A stretch of 64,000 nucleotides of DNA from Rhynchobatus australiae (GCA_034780895.1 JAUZTB010000002.1:37233530-37297529); one strand, 5' to 3'; positions 1-13,335 are shown, counted from the stretch's first letter. Notes: a model not told the origin generated them from the sequence alone. Made by a program: numbers and translations.

Positions 1-813
1 GAGTTGCTTTGGTGTAGTGAAGATGATTGATATAATGAGCAGGAATTGCTTTCTGCTGTCTTGGACCAGCAGCTACATGTGAATTTTCAGGTAGTGACAT
101 ATTGGAGTTTCATTAAGAGCGTGCACTTCTGCAGAATATTGGAAACTGGAAACTCAGGCAGGGGATTTGACATAACAGTCTGTGGATCCTGAAGGATCTA
201 CTGGGAAATATTATAGGCAGGTTAAGCTTGAGAATACAAACCAGTGTTTAGAGCAGACCAGTTTGTCCCAACTGCTGGTCTGTGGCATCAGACTGCTGGT
301 TGAACCCCCATGATATAAATTTATCCTCATAGTGGTTTAAATGTGTAGTACCATGCCTTAGGGAGGTGTTAAACTAGCTATGAGTTCGTATTACCTGGTA
401 GGGTCTCGAGTGGAATTGAATTAATGACATCATTTCATTGGCTGTGATTCTTTTGTTGAAGGACATGGATTCTATAGAACAGTTTGATGCAGCTGACATT
501 TTCTTTGAAAGCTTTTGTGTAATAACCTCTCTTCTGAATTCAGAACACATTGATTGCATCTCCAATACTCCAAAGCTGTCCAATCTAAAATATTCCCTAG
601 TTTGTCAGGGATAAAAAATAAGTTACAGTGTTACACAATAGGACAGTAACCCTTGATTTTTTANNNNNNNNNNNNNNNNNNNNNTGAATACCTTGAAAGG
701 TAAAAAGTTTCTAAACCAGTCCTTACAAACATGGAAGTGTGTTTTCAATATTTTTGGTCTCTTTTTTTATTTTCTGTGTTGGGAAAGTTATATCTTGTTC
801 TTCTACATTTCAG

Positions 814-1483
814 TGGGAAGAGATCAGTGGAGTAGACGAGAACTACATCCCCATCCGCACGTACCAGGTGTGCAGAGTAATGGAACCTAATCAGAACAAT
901 TGGCTGCGGACTAACTGGATTGCAAGAAGCAATGCCCAGAGGATATTTGTGGAAATGAAGTTTACCCTGAGGGATTGTAACAGCATTCCAGGAGTCTTGG
1001 GGACATGCAAGGAGACATTTAACCTGTATTACTTTGAGAGCGACTCAGATGCTGGCAGGAACATTAAGGAGGTACAGTACCTCAAAATAGATACCATTGC
1101 AGCAGATGAAAGTTTTACTCAAGGAGACCTTGGAGAGCGTGTCATGAAGCTCAACACAGAGGTGCGAGAAATTGGGCCTCTGTCGAGAAAGGGATTCTAC
1201 TTGGCTTTTCAGGATGTGGGAGCCTGCATTGCCCTGGTGTCTGTACGTGTTTACTATAAGAAGTGCTGGTCGATCGTGGAAAATTTGGCAATTTTCCCAG
1301 ACACGGTGACAGGATCCGAATTCTCATCCCTGGTGGAGGTGCACGGCACTTGTGTCAGCGATGCCGAAGAGGAAGCAGAAAACCCTCCCAAGATGCACTG
1401 CAGTGCGGAGGGTGAGTGGCTGGTGCCCATCGGCAAGTGTATCTGCAAAGCTGGATTTCAGCAGAAGGGGGATGATTGTGATG
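814..1483 (+). CDS. EPHA7: Ephrin type-A receptor (EphA7-like), large ligand-binding/Cys-rich exon (canonical exon 3)
   Basis: Acceptor ttctacatttcAG at 812-813 and donor G|GTAAGT at 1484; 670 bp, phase 0 to phase 1. Translates [20 protein letters not shown]...[19 protein letters not shown]...[28 protein letters not shown]...[30 protein letters not shown]. The [21 protein letters not shown] block is characteristic of EphA7. Confidence 0.93.
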
Positions 1484-1846
1484 GTAAGTACTTCGAATTA
1501 GATGGAAATGCTACACCTGTAATTTATGAAATCTCTTTATAAGTGCTTAACTCCAGGGGTTAAATATTATAAAAAATTGAAGGTGAAACAAATAACCATA
1601 AGCTTTCAGGTTGTAAGGCATGGATCTTCAAATCAGCTCTTAAGTAGTTGGTGTCCTTAATTCTCACCAGGACATTATTCATAGGTAGTAAGTTCAGTTC
1701 TGCATGTCACATGAATGTGTCTGCTTCAGTTATATTATTTTTTTATCAGTTTCCCATTAGTCCGCCAAAGGACTCACAGTGTTAAATTAGGAAAAGCCTG
1801 ATGCGTGGGTAATTCTGAGAGCATCGACTTCATTTCAAGCTTTCTT

Positions 1847-2182
1847 GATCGGTGGTGTTGTGGATAGTGTGGAGGGCTGTTGGAGCTTACAGAGGGATAT
1901 CGATAGGATGCAGAGCTGGGCGGACAAGTGGCAGATGGAGTTTAATCCAGAGAAGTGTGAGGTGGTACACTTTGGAAGGACAAACTCCAGGGCAGAGTAN
2001 NNNNNNNNNNNNNNNNNNNNNNNNNNNNNNNNNNNNNNNNNNNNNNNNNNNNNNNNNNNNNNNNNNNNNNNNNNNNNNNNNNNNNNNNNNNNNNNNNNNT
2101 TAGATAGTGTGAGGTGTGGTTTGATGGGCAGCACAACACGGTGGGCCGAAGGGCCTGTATTGTGCTGTATTGTTCTGTGGTT
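1847..2182 (+). mobile_element. CR1/HER1-type LINE, 5'-truncated 3' end (gap inside)
   Basis: Encodes IGGVVDSVEGC..LQRDIDRMQSWADKWQMEFNPEKCEVVHFGRTN (CR1 RT C-terminus); ends in the gggccgaagggcctgt..gtgctgta..gttct tail. Confidence 0.9.
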
Positions 2183-3911
2183 TCTTAGATTGTGTTTTCT
2201 GCTTCTGTTCTTGACCATAGCTAATTGGATGGCCATGCCGATTCCTTAAACCCTTTGAGTGGATAAAAAAAAGTGAAGAAAAGCAATGCATGAAAAAAGC
2301 AGATTTTTAAATATCAGAAAACAAATCTTATAGGCTTAAATATTTCTTTTAATTACAGCATTTGTTAATTATCCTCTTCCTTGAGCCCCACTTAACTTTG
2401 CCATTTCCAGTGCTTCATCATGTCATTTCTCGTGTCGAATGCTGAGAAAGTCTGTAGCAAAAATGATATTGCAAATGTGATCAGTATTAAAGATATTTAA
2501 ATATTTACAGTGTCATCAGGAGAAACATGCATGGCTGACATTTTCTGATCTCTGGTCCTTGCCAATAACAAAGCAGCACCTTAAGGGAGATGAGTGAAGG
2601 GCGCTGTTACATGTAGACACACAAGTGTATGCTTCCTGAAGTTAACCCTGCACTGCAAACTACAAAATAATCTTCCAAACAGATCAAGGTTGAGCAGAAC
2701 ACCAACTCTTTTCAAAGATAAGCTTCTTTAGCTCATACCTTAAGCTGTAAAAATGTTGCTTTGAAGCACTGCAGACTTAATGTTGCTTAGAATAACCAAG
2801 AAGTTTCCAATGATTTTAAAATCAAAATAAATTGAAACAGAACTGATAGTATGAACATAATCACAGTCTATATTTATTGCAAAACATTCACTCAAAGGGT
2901 TTAAGGAATCGGCATGTGGATTAAGCACAAGCTTTTAGTTTCCACAGCAAGGAATTATGCATGGAAGAGCAAGTGTTTCTGAAACCATTTTCCCTTGATT
3001 CATGAATTGTCAGCGCTAGCAGTGTTTGCTTTGAGGGTGTTCAGTGTATTGCTATTGTTGCATTTGATGGTCTGGTGGTCTGCCCATTCTCACCAGAGGT
3101 TTGGTCCACTTCAGGTCTATGCACAAGTTTAAGTTGGCCACAGACTTTAAAAGAACTTCAAAACTTATGTGTTCATTGTGTACAATTATTGCAAAAATAG
3201 TCACAGAAATCCTGCAGAAATAAGGTGCTAAGCATCGGGCTAATATTATCTACCAGAAATCCATTCCAACCAACTTCCTCTTTGCCCTTCAGTTATATAT
3301 TGTAAGTTCACATTCAGAAACCTTTGGTTGAAATCTTCATGTTCATTGGCTTGGGGAAGATGAGGGTAAAGCTCTGAAGCAGCACCCAGAATGCTGTTGA
3401 TTGGAGTGCTCACTGTTCAGGAAGTCTTGAGCATTTTCAGCTTTGAATTTAGCCAGAGAGCGAATGACGTCAAGCAGATGCCCTTTCTCCAGCAGCCCAT
3501 TAGTTTGACAAGGCTTCCATCTGGGTGGAACTATCAGTGGGTTGGGCTTCTTGGGCTGATGATGGAGAGGCTGAATGTCGTGGAGCCCATCCTGAGAAAG
3601 GTAGAGATGGGGAGGGTGGTGAATGTAGGCTGGTAGCAACCCAGATGATCTGTGTTGTCCATTGCTTACAGAAAAAAATCCTTTAACAAAATCAAGGTCT
3701 TACCCTTCCTAAGCAGCTTGCAGTGGTTCATTAAAAGGCAGCCAATTATGCACAGCAAACAAGAATGAGACAATAAATAGATAATCTGCATTGACGATGT
3801 TAGTTTAGGGATAACTGAAAGGCAATGTATATGTCAAAAACCTCAAAACACTGTTTTGAGGAAGAATGTAAAGGTCTCTGTGATTTCGAGTTAACATTAC
3901 TAAAACTTGCT

Positions 3912-3988
3912 AGATGCTGCTCGACCCGTTGAGTTCCTCCAGTAGATTGTTGCTCCAGATTCCAGCATCTGCAGTCCACTGTGTCTCT
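3912..3988 (+). mobile_element. Penelope-like pLTR-derived repeat fragment
   Basis: agatgctgctcgacccgttgagttcctccag...ctccagattccagcatctgcagtc, the same motif as the copies at 13011-13085 and 40472-40538. Confidence 0.7.
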
Positions 3989-4048
3989 AACTTGCCATTC
4001 AACTCATTTGCTGGTTATAGGATTACAGTGCAATTTTTTTTTAAGTAA

Positions 4049-4272
4049 GATCTTTACTAGTCACATGTACATCGAAACACACAGTGAAAAGCAACTTTTG
4101 CATAGGGTGGTCTGGGGGCAGCCTTCAAGTGTCGCCACAGTTCTGGCGCCAACATAGCACGCCCACAACTTCCTAACCCGTATGTCTTTGGAATGTGGGA
4201 AGAAACTGGAGCACCCGGAGGAAACCCATGCAGACACGGGGAGAACAGACAAACTCTTTACAGGCAGCAGCG
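4049..4272 (-). mobile_element. V-SINE (HE1-like central V-domain) with LINE-type 3' tail
   Basis: Minus strand reads gagtttgtctgttctccccgtgtctgcatgggtttcctccgggtgctccagtttcttcccacattccaaagac (V-domain), then a tail ending ttttcactgtgtgtttcgatgtacatgtgactagtaaa. Confidence 0.85.
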
Positions 4273-5649
4273 AGACTGCAGCATTTGTCTACAGAGTAAA
4301 CACAACATGGAGAAACAATTCATTATAGGTGAAGCGCTTGAGATCATTCAGTGAGATAACGAAATGCCAGTCTAACTTAAAAAAATAGTACTTTATGGTT
4401 GGCGGTTAGAAAGTGAACCTTTCTCAAAGTCAGCCAAGTTGCCTGAGTTGAAAGTCTTTTGGCTGTAAATGTTAGACATTAGTTTAAGCCACTTTAGTAA
4501 GTTTCTGACCTGATGTATATTTCCAGCTTTTTTTTAATCTCCTTTATGTCTCTAATTTTGTGTTATTTTGCCTTTGTATCAGCAGAGTTCCTGCTGGCAA
4601 AAGGTCCACAGAATAAAACTCTCCTCACTAGCAAATTAGCACATCGTTGATTGCTGGGAACAGCCTTTAGAAAAATATCAGCAAAAGATTCTTGGTCTCA
4701 CTTTCAGGGTGGCACCTCTATTGCACCAATATGGGGCATTATCATCCTTTGTTACAGTGTCTTAGGTGTGATTGCCAAATTTGTGCTAATTTACTGTCTA
4801 ACTTCCAAAGAAAATGGTCTAAATGACCTTCTGAAAATCAAGGTGAATGATATAGTGAGTTGAATAATATTAATCTTAGGCATTCAAAGCCAGCATCAAT
4901 TGCTTTCAAATCAAGAAGATAGAAAGTCATTCCTGCTTTTTGTAGCTGCCAGAAATGTCCTCAGAGTTGCTCTTCCTGCACAGTATAATTGATCAGAAGT
5001 TTAGCATATGATTTCTTTTGCACATAGTTTTTTTGTGGGGGGGGAGGGAAAGATTTGGCATGACATTGGCTTTGGGTCTGAAGTACGAGCTGGTAATACA
5101 AGCTGGTCTAATGTGGAACTGATATATGTTGACACAGTGTTGTGACACTATGTTTGATTTTCCCTTCCCTACTAAATTCCTTGCTTCACTTGTGTCACTG
5201 AGGTTAATGCTATGTGTGTTGGGGACCTCCATGTGAATTGTGGAGGATACCACCATAAAAAGTAGAGCCTAAGGAACAGATAAGGAGCAACTTTAGAATG
5301 AAGGGTGTAGGGCAACTCTTCCAATCTCCCTGAACGTGCCCTTGGTGCCTGTCTACCCTGGCCCTTGCAGTTTAGTTCAGTGTGCCTGTGGGTGCAGTCT
5401 TCTGCTGGGAGCCAGGCTCCTAGCACTTTGGTGTGGCTGAGTGCAGCACTGCACAGCATACGAGCTGTCACTGTGCAGATAGACAGCGGCACTTACAGAA
5501 CAGTTGTTGAGGCCCCATTTTCCCACCTACCCAAACACCTACAGTAAAGAATATTAGAGAATATCTTTGGCAATCAGAAACATTTAAAATCACTAGATAC
5601 CAGGAAAATAGTAAAAATAACATTTAAAGAAAATAAAAGCATTAAAATA

Positions 5650-5651
<2 letters not shown>

Positions 5652-5680
<29 letters not shown>
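5652..5680. repeat. (AC)n microsatellite
   Basis: About 14 perfect AC units. Confidence 0.97.
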
Positions 5681-6431
5681 GCAATTGAAGACATAGAACT
5701 AATTAGAATAGCTGTTGTGACCTTTCTTCCAGCAACTGATTTCTGCCATTCAGTTCAATAGACCAACTGCAGCCATTCTTCCCAGTCCGAGAGCTGGAAA
5801 GTTTGAAGCAGTTCATGCTTCAGCTTTGGACAATGAAGAGTCCACCAAGTAGTGTAATGGCTGCCGGCAGCACAGGCGCCAGGTTGAAGATGCTGGCTTG
5901 GTTACACCCCAGTGCTGGAAATCTGGGTGAGTTCCTGTGTTATCTCTTGTGTGGAGTCAGAAGATCCAACTCAGTACATTGATGCTATGGAGGTTAAATT
6001 TAGAAGCTGTTAGACCAAGGAAAAGGAAGCTTTTTTCTCTTTTCAATGCAAAGGATTCAAATGCACATAAAATTGTTGAAAGTTGTAAAAATGCAATAAC
6101 TCATTAAAGAGATTTCAGAAAAAAAAATTGCACAAAATCATTAGAAATACTGAGGGCTTTCAACTTTCTCTCATCATCATATGCGCAGATATGATCTTCA
6201 CACCAGAACAAAATTGAATCTGTCTGCGGCACATGGCTGAAATGACTGAAATAGCTTAAAATGGGTGGCAGTTTATTGGTGGTCTGTTTTACAGTTGTCA
6301 TTTAAGTAGATAGAGGTTTGGCAATGTAATTTAAACAGCTTAAATGATTGTGGCAATTCACATGAGGTGATATTTAACATACAATCCATGTAAGTCAGTT
6401 ACATGCAGATTTTCTCAGAAAAGAACTGTAC

Positions 6432-6942
6432 TCAGAATCAGGTTTATTATCACTGACATACGTCATGAAATTTGTTGTTTTGTGGCAGCAGTACAGTGCA
6501 AGATATAAAGGGATAAAAATTACAATGTTACACAAATAAATATAGTGCAAAAGGGGACTAATGAGGTTGTGTTCATGGGTTCATAAACCGTTCAGAAATC
6601 TGATGATGGAGGGGAAGAAGCTGTTACTGAAATGTTGAGTGTGAGTCTTCAGGCTCCTGTACCTCCTCCCTGATGGTAGTAATGTGAAGAGGACATGTCC
6701 CGGGTGGCGAGGGGCCTTAATGATGGATGCTGCCATCTTGAGGCATTGCCTCTTGAAGACGTCCTTGATGGTGGGGAGGGATGTGCCTGTGATGGAGCTG
6801 GCTGAGTCTACTACCCTCTGCGGCCTCTTATGATCCTGTACATTGGAGCCTCCGTACCAGGCAGTAATGCAACCAGTCAGAGTGCTCTCCACCGTACATC
6901 TGTAGAGATTTGTAAGAGTCTTTGGTGACATACCAAATCTCT
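6432..6942 (-). mobile_element. Rex1/Babar-type LINE 3' end (RT C-terminal DUF1891-like region plus 3' UTR)
   Basis: ORF 6581-6931 reads LTNLYRCTVESTLTGCITAWYG...HPGHVLFTLLPSGRRYRSLKTHT..FSNSFFP; the element terminates in aataaa plus a (ctgatt)-type tail. Confidence 0.9.
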
Positions 6943-9900
6943 TGCACTGCAGTTACATTGCAGCTTCCCAGGAAATTCGAAGACATTACGCCGTTTCACC
7001 CCTGAATAAGCCAGACAATTCTGACAGTTTGCACAATGAAAACAGCAAATGCTGCATGAGCAGTTAACAAAACAGCAGATCTCATGAAGTTTAGTCAGAC
7101 ATCTCTGCAGGATATAGAGTGGGGATCATTTATTTTGAGTACTTGATACCTTTAAAAATAAACACATAATTAAAGATGCTGACCTTGAGTTAAAGAGATG
7201 TAAAATGTGCTTTGATCGCACTGTTTCGCTGCATGCACAGGTGTGGCTACTACTGACATTCTTCCATATTTTAAGCTTTTCTTGGAATAAAATTCTTTTG
7301 AAGGATTATATTAACAGCAGCCACCATAAACCTTGCAGCTATTATGTTGTGTCCCTGGAATCACTGTTCCAGCTGCATAAGGCAAATTTCTATTTAAGTG
7401 CATTTATGCTCAATGGAGCTCAATGAATGAGTCATGTTGTGGGAATCTTCTTGTTGTGCTTCAATAATTTAATTAACCAAGATTTTAACATTAAACATTG
7501 TTACACTTTCTGAGTCTACAAATAACTTAGTAGTCTTGGTTTAGTCATTTTTTGACCTCTTCTAGTATAATTTATTCATTGGAAATTTCTCTTGCTAATT
7601 CAACAGGATCTTCTAGATTTACATATGCTGAATATAGATGTATCACATTGCTGGTTCCCCATTTCCTGAAGGTTTATTTAAAGATAAGAAAGGCAGACTT
7701 TATTTTACGTGAACAGCTTTCATGGTTCTATTGGTAAATTTTCCACTTGGTGTGTTACTAAGCCACACGTTTGGAAAGTCACTGAGCAAATATGTTGTCT
7801 GTGGTGAGTTAGGGCAGCAGTGGGAGCTAGGAATTGCCATTCAATTTACAGGTCCTCCCAAGCTTATGAATACCTAACCTAGCATAGCCCGTACATAAAA
7901 ATGAGTGTTTGGGAGACTGGTGGTATGGATTTGCTAGCTACTGTGGTGCTGCAGGCATCTCCTGCTGCCTGAGAACTCGACTCGCAGCTGCATTTCCAAT
8001 TTGCGGACTGTTCAGGTTGCAAACAGTTCACAGGAACGGAACCCAGCTGTAACCTGGGGATGATCTGTACTATCCTCATCATAAGATGCACAGATATGCC
8101 GATCTCACCAGCACAGAACTGAGCTTGTCTGCAACACTTTCCATGGCTGAAGTGATTGCATTCATTTGCTGTCTAACATCACATATGGAGATTGGTTGCT
8201 CACATACGGTAGGAAGGGGTCCTCATTCTTCTAGATGGTAATCATACTTGAATCAACACCTCAGGAATGGAGGGGAGGAATGAATAAAAATAAATAAGCT
8301 GAGTGCTCTAATTGGATTTTTGTGTAAATTATTTTAATAACCCAGGGCTGTTAATTTAAAACTACAGTTGTGTTGACATTAGTATTATTGCAGAGGAATG
8401 TTGTCTTTGCACTTGAGTATAGCAGTGTGCAAGCGCACTTTCCATCCTTGGCAATGATCCAAGACAATCATNNNNAGAATACGCTATTCTGGAAGCAAGC
8501 CAATACCTTGTTTACAGCAATTCTTTCTTTCAGTAATCCTGTTAACATTTGGAAATGGATAAAAACGCTGACTGGGAAATGACAAGACGTTTTTGGAGAT
8601 CGTACTGAATAAATGCTCATAAGGCAATGGGATAGACAAACTGCAAAGGCAGTGGGAAAATTAATAGGTTATATTACTTGATAAATTCAAAAGTTGCTTT
8701 GATCCATTTAATCTCCCTTGTCAAAGAAATGTTTTTACCCTGTGTAGCGTTCTTCAAGATCTCTTTGAATTACACGTAGTGCACAATGGCATGATCAGAA
8801 CCATGAGATCTCATTTCATTAGTCATAGTTTAACAATGTACTGTCATTGCTTTAAAAGAAAATCCTGCAGTGCTGTAGATATAACTAAGACTGCAGTATG
8901 AGGGTACTGAGGTGATGGTTCAACTGAGCAATCAGACCCGATCTTACACTGAAGATTCCAAGACATGTTTCGCACCTGAAGCTTGTCCAGATAAATGAGG
9001 CATTTCCTTGATTTTAGACACTGCTTTATGATGTGTTCAACATTATGAAGCATCAGCACTACAGTGCATTCTGACTCCAGGCTTTGAACTGTTGGCTGAA
9101 GCTTGGCATGCTTTCTCTACTCTGAAAAATAAGAGAAAAATAGCAAGACATTTTAATGCAAAGGACCTACTTAAAAGCAACTGAACATTAGCATATTTAT
9201 TCTGCCATAAATGCACTCTGAAATTTACTATTTTATCTTGGTGGGAGGATCATAGATGAGTCCTGAGTCTTGTTGAAGACGATGGGAGTTTTATGTTTCT
9301 GATTCTTCTTTCATTTGCCTTATGGCCTGATGCTTTCCTTGTACACAGTGCTTAACACTGCCTTTGTAGATTGCTATTAGTGAGTCTTCAATGTTGTACT
9401 TTGATTTTTCTCCCTGCAGTATGTAACACTGACATGCTGGCTGTTTCCACCTCCCCCCACCCCCTATTGAAGGTTTTATAGAATCAAGTAAATCCTGAAT
9501 CATTCTATCTCAGCAGCAGGGGTGAAGAGTATGCTGTTGTGAAGTAGAGAGCCTTTTGAAAGTTGTACTTCAAGGAGACATTTTAGCTGTGGATAAAGAA
9601 AGTTATAAATGGTGAAAAAAAGCACTATAAAAACAAGTCATTCTGAACTGAAAAGTTGCAGGACTCTTTTCCTGAACTTTTATCATCACGGATGGGGGCA
9701 TTTTAGATTACTTTCAAACTCTTTATGTTATTAAATGTAAACTTCTCCATTTCTTAAATGGCTTCTCGTCTGTATGTAATCATAAATTTCATTCTTAACC
9801 TTTCTTTAATATTGTTGCAATCAACTATAGCATAGCAACCTACATAATTTTAATGTTTTTATTGAAGTTCTCCAATTATTTTGTTTAAATTTGGTTTTGT

Positions 9901-11810
9901 GGTAGCCTTCTTATCCCACTTCACTCAGACTTTGGATTGAATTTCAAGCCTATTTATCAGATGTTGTTCATTTGAAGTATTTCAGGTTCCTAAGAAAAGC
10001 ATCAGAACTGACAGTGTGACTTCCCTGTTGTTAATGAGGATCGAGAAGGTGGCACCAGGTGGAAGTAGAGAATGGGCTGGAGAAAGGGCTGTATGTTTAG
10101 CCTTTGGACACGGAGTAATAATGAACATGCATCTACTGAAGGATCTTTGACCCCCACAGCCCAATCTCATTTGGTGCTGGTTGATCTGCTAAGTGCATGC
10201 AAAATTTATTCNNNNNNNNNNGCGCCTGCCATATTTTTTTGATGAACAGCAAAGTCATAATCAGTTTCACGGGCCCCTCCAATATAATAATTATTTACAG
10301 AATGTATTCTGCTTTCAGTGCCAAAATCTTAAGAAGATTCTTAAAAATATTATTGTGCGATGGATTGTGTGACATCATGAGTGGAGAGCATTGTCCCTTT
10401 GCTGAGATTTCTTGTGAACTGTATTTGAAAGTCTATCATTTTCCACTTTTTTATTTCACTATGCTGGTGAGGGGAGAAGAGGAAAATTACAGTCTTTACT
10501 TCCAGTGCATAGGGTCCAATGGAATTGAGGACATCCCTTTGATCACTGCCATGGGAAGTGAGTTTAAAGAGTTTCAAATCACTTCCAAGTTGACATTTGC
10601 ATTTATGTAAGCTTTTTCATGTGTCAGTGGGCAGATCTGTTAACAATTTAAGCCAGTGGTTTTGTAGAGAACTACTTGCTATTTGCCATGTGTTCAGCTA
10701 TCTCTGACTTCTGCACCTCTGTGTTGAATTGTGGAGTCTGGGGATGAGCGAGACTCACTACTGACCTGCTGAAGAGTGGGGTCAAATGTACTTTGCATCT
10801 GGCCCCTCAGCTTTATGCTGGGAAGAGCTGTTGTAAGAAGTAGGACTCCATTCATTAGAGTAGGTTTGCCCACTCTGAGTACAAAGTGCAGGTAAGTTAT
10901 TTATTTATTTTACTTTATCTTAATGTTTCTAATGAACTAATAGTATTCCATTCAAATTATTTTTTTATTTTCTTAACAGATTTTTAAAAGTTGTTTATGT
11001 CTGTGTAAACAGTTAACAGTATCTGTATCAGTAAGGTTTCAAAAGGCCATTAGGTTGTTTGAGCATTGTGATTCACAATCCATTACTTGAGGCCGAGTCA
11101 CTGACTTTAGCCTGCTCCATTGTGAGCTTGTATGGAGGGTCAGGTTGGGCAGTTCTTTAAATATGGAACACATTATGCAGATAGACGGCACAAGTTCAGG
11201 AAGTGAGGTAAATCCAAGTCAATCCACGTGTTGCTATTCAGATTGCTGATGGCATAAAATTCATAACCTGACCATCATAAATCCACAAAGCTGACCGTTT
11301 CCAAACATGGAAAATGTTATTATGCAGATTGGAGTACATCGTGGACAAAGATTGTTGGAGAGAGATTTACTCTGGATTAAACAATGAAGTATGTGGCACA
11401 ATAGTGTTTGATGCTCATGTTACACCTCTTGTGTTTATGAAAATGATAGGTGGATGTGGAGATTGTGCGGTGGAAATCGGTTATGGCTAATTTTCAAGAA
11501 AGTTACCAGTGGGATCTGGACACAACCAGGAGGCAAAGGTTAACCATAAATTATGTTACAGGGCTTATTTCAAAACTTTGGGTGAACTGCCAGCTGGCTG
11601 ATTTCCAAAACATCACTTTCTGTCTGTGAGCCTTGCCGGTATTGCCTTGGATGAATCCCAGGTGATGGAGTATAAAGTGGAGGATTGGGGCTCGGGGAAC
11701 ATCATGAGATGGGAGAAAATCATGGAATGGAAGGTTAATTTCAGGATCACATGTAATCCTAGAGCTACAAATATTTGATGTTCAGGAAAAGCATGAGCAT
11801 CATTTTCTAA

Positions 11811-12035
11811 AAACATAAGAACCTAGGGATTAGGAGCAAGAGTAAACCATCTGGCTCTTTGAACCTACAGCTCCATTCAGCAGAGTCATGGCATTCATCC
11901 TGTTGAGCCCTAGTTGAATTTTCTAAGTTTCACCGAGATTTCCTCTCATTTTCCTAAATTCCAAATAATTTAGGTCTACATGTCTAAGTCTCTCCTCATA
12001 AGGCAAATCCGCCATCCCAGGTACCAGTCCAGTGG
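11811..12035 (-). mobile_element. CR1 LINE 3' fragment, eroded
   Basis: aacataagaa..taggagcaagagtaaaccat tail; minus-strand peptide GMADLPYEERLRHVDLNYLEFRKMRGNL. Confidence 0.8.
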
Positions 12036-12957
12036 ATTTCCATCCTTTGCTTTCATGTGGGTGAATCCTTTTATTGTAGCAAGTGTCGATTATCCTGATG
12101 CAGTTCCTCCATAACAATTATTGATTCCAATTGTGCCAGCAAATAAAAATTGACAGCCCCATTTTAATTTTTTTCAATAATTATTTGAATGGGCACAATA
12201 TAATTATTGGAATATGTCAGTATTGAAGTGGTTTAACATGTCACTGATTGAAGAGTCTAATTTCAACTATTGGTCAGTATGTAACTTCTTTTGAGAAAGT
12301 AATTTCTTCATAATAGTTTACTGGGATATGTGATAAGAATGGGAGTGAAATTACCTTGTCTGAAGCAACTAATAGTAAATCAGCAGCCCAACGTAATACT
12401 TCTCTGATTTTTTTTTCCCACTTACTTTGGAAAAGAAACATTTAAGTTTGTTAAGTAGGTTCACTGCTGCCATTTTAAGTTGCCATTTACGTAGAATGTC
12501 TTCACTTGAAAGCTCACAAATTAGTGACCCACCTAAATCATTTCAGCTTTTCTCTTTCTTTCAGTTTTTTCCCCAGCTCCCTGAAGGTAACATCTTACAT
12601 CGGGCTGCAGAGAAACAGCAACCTTCCTGTGGTATGCTCATATGGCCTTCCATTTTTTATGCCCCACCAGTATTGAAAGGCTGTTTAGTCAAATGTGACA
12701 TGGCAAGTGAGCCTAATTTAGCCCTGATCTCTTCAAGTTTCCAATAAGGATAGGGATGCCATGCTGGAGTTAGGAATCCTGGATAATTTTCCATCGCTAC
12801 TCCTCGCCCATGGCCTTTGAATACAATTATAATGTTGCCACCACTCAACAAGTTTCAGGAACCAAACATGAAAGCTTCCTCATCTGTGAGTCTTATTGTC
12901 ACATTAGTTGTTGCTTTTAACCACTGAACAAGTACAAGAGTCATTTCATTTTAGAGT

Positions 12958-13090
12958 CAGTCCAGATGAAAGGTCTCGACCCGAAACATTGACGGTCCAT
13001 TTCTCTGCACAGATGCTGCCAGACCCTCTCGAGTTCCTCTAGCATTTTTGTGTGTTGCTCCAGATTCCAGCATCTGCAGTCTTTTGTGCC
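12958..13090 (+). mobile_element. Penelope-like pLTR fragment with degenerate hammerhead motif
   Basis: CAGTC-CAGATGA-A-AGGTC-TC-GACCC-GAAA-CATT-GACGG followed by the acagatgctgcc...cagattccagcatctgcagt body. Confidence 0.75.
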
Positions 13091-13170
13091 TTCATTTCAG
13101 TTTTCCTTTGTTGCCTCATTGATGTAATATTTACCAGGAGGCATGCAATCATGGGAAATGAAAATCAAAA

Positions 13171-13335
13171 GACAAACTGCAGATGCTTGAAATCTGAAAT
13201 AAAAATAGAGAATATTGGAAAAAACTCAGCAGTTAGACACCATCTGTGGAAAGGGAAACCGTTTTGATGAGTTCTGACAAAAGGTCCTGGATCCGAAACA
13301 CTAACTGTTTCTCTCTCCACAGATGCAGTCTGGCA
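13171..13335. mobile_element. Penelope-like fold-back element (minus arm plus plus arm) with degenerate hammerhead motif
   Basis: The left arm actgcagatgcttgaaatctgaaataaaaa...catctgtggaaagggaaac is inverted relative to the right arm gtttctctctccacagatgc; AGTT-CTGACAA-A-AGGTC-CTG-GATCC-GAAA-CACT-AACT lies at 13270-13306. Confidence 0.7.

Noticed and set aside
739-813. N-terminal 'signal-peptide-like' hydrophobic start of ORF 739-1542
   Set aside because: It is the T-rich intron end upstream of the AG acceptor (non-ATG start); Eph homology begins at W814.
6581-6931. 116-aa ORF as a host gene (DUF1891, sometimes labelled ALKBH8-like)
   Set aside because: It is the C-terminus of a Rex1/Babar RT with its 3' UTR; a sister copy lies at 55037-55390.
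10889-10897. Perfect CAG|GTAAGT as a recursive splice site or cryptic exon donor
   Set aside because: There is no polypyrimidine tract directly upstream and no recognisable coding exon; such 9-mers can occur by chance in 62 kb.
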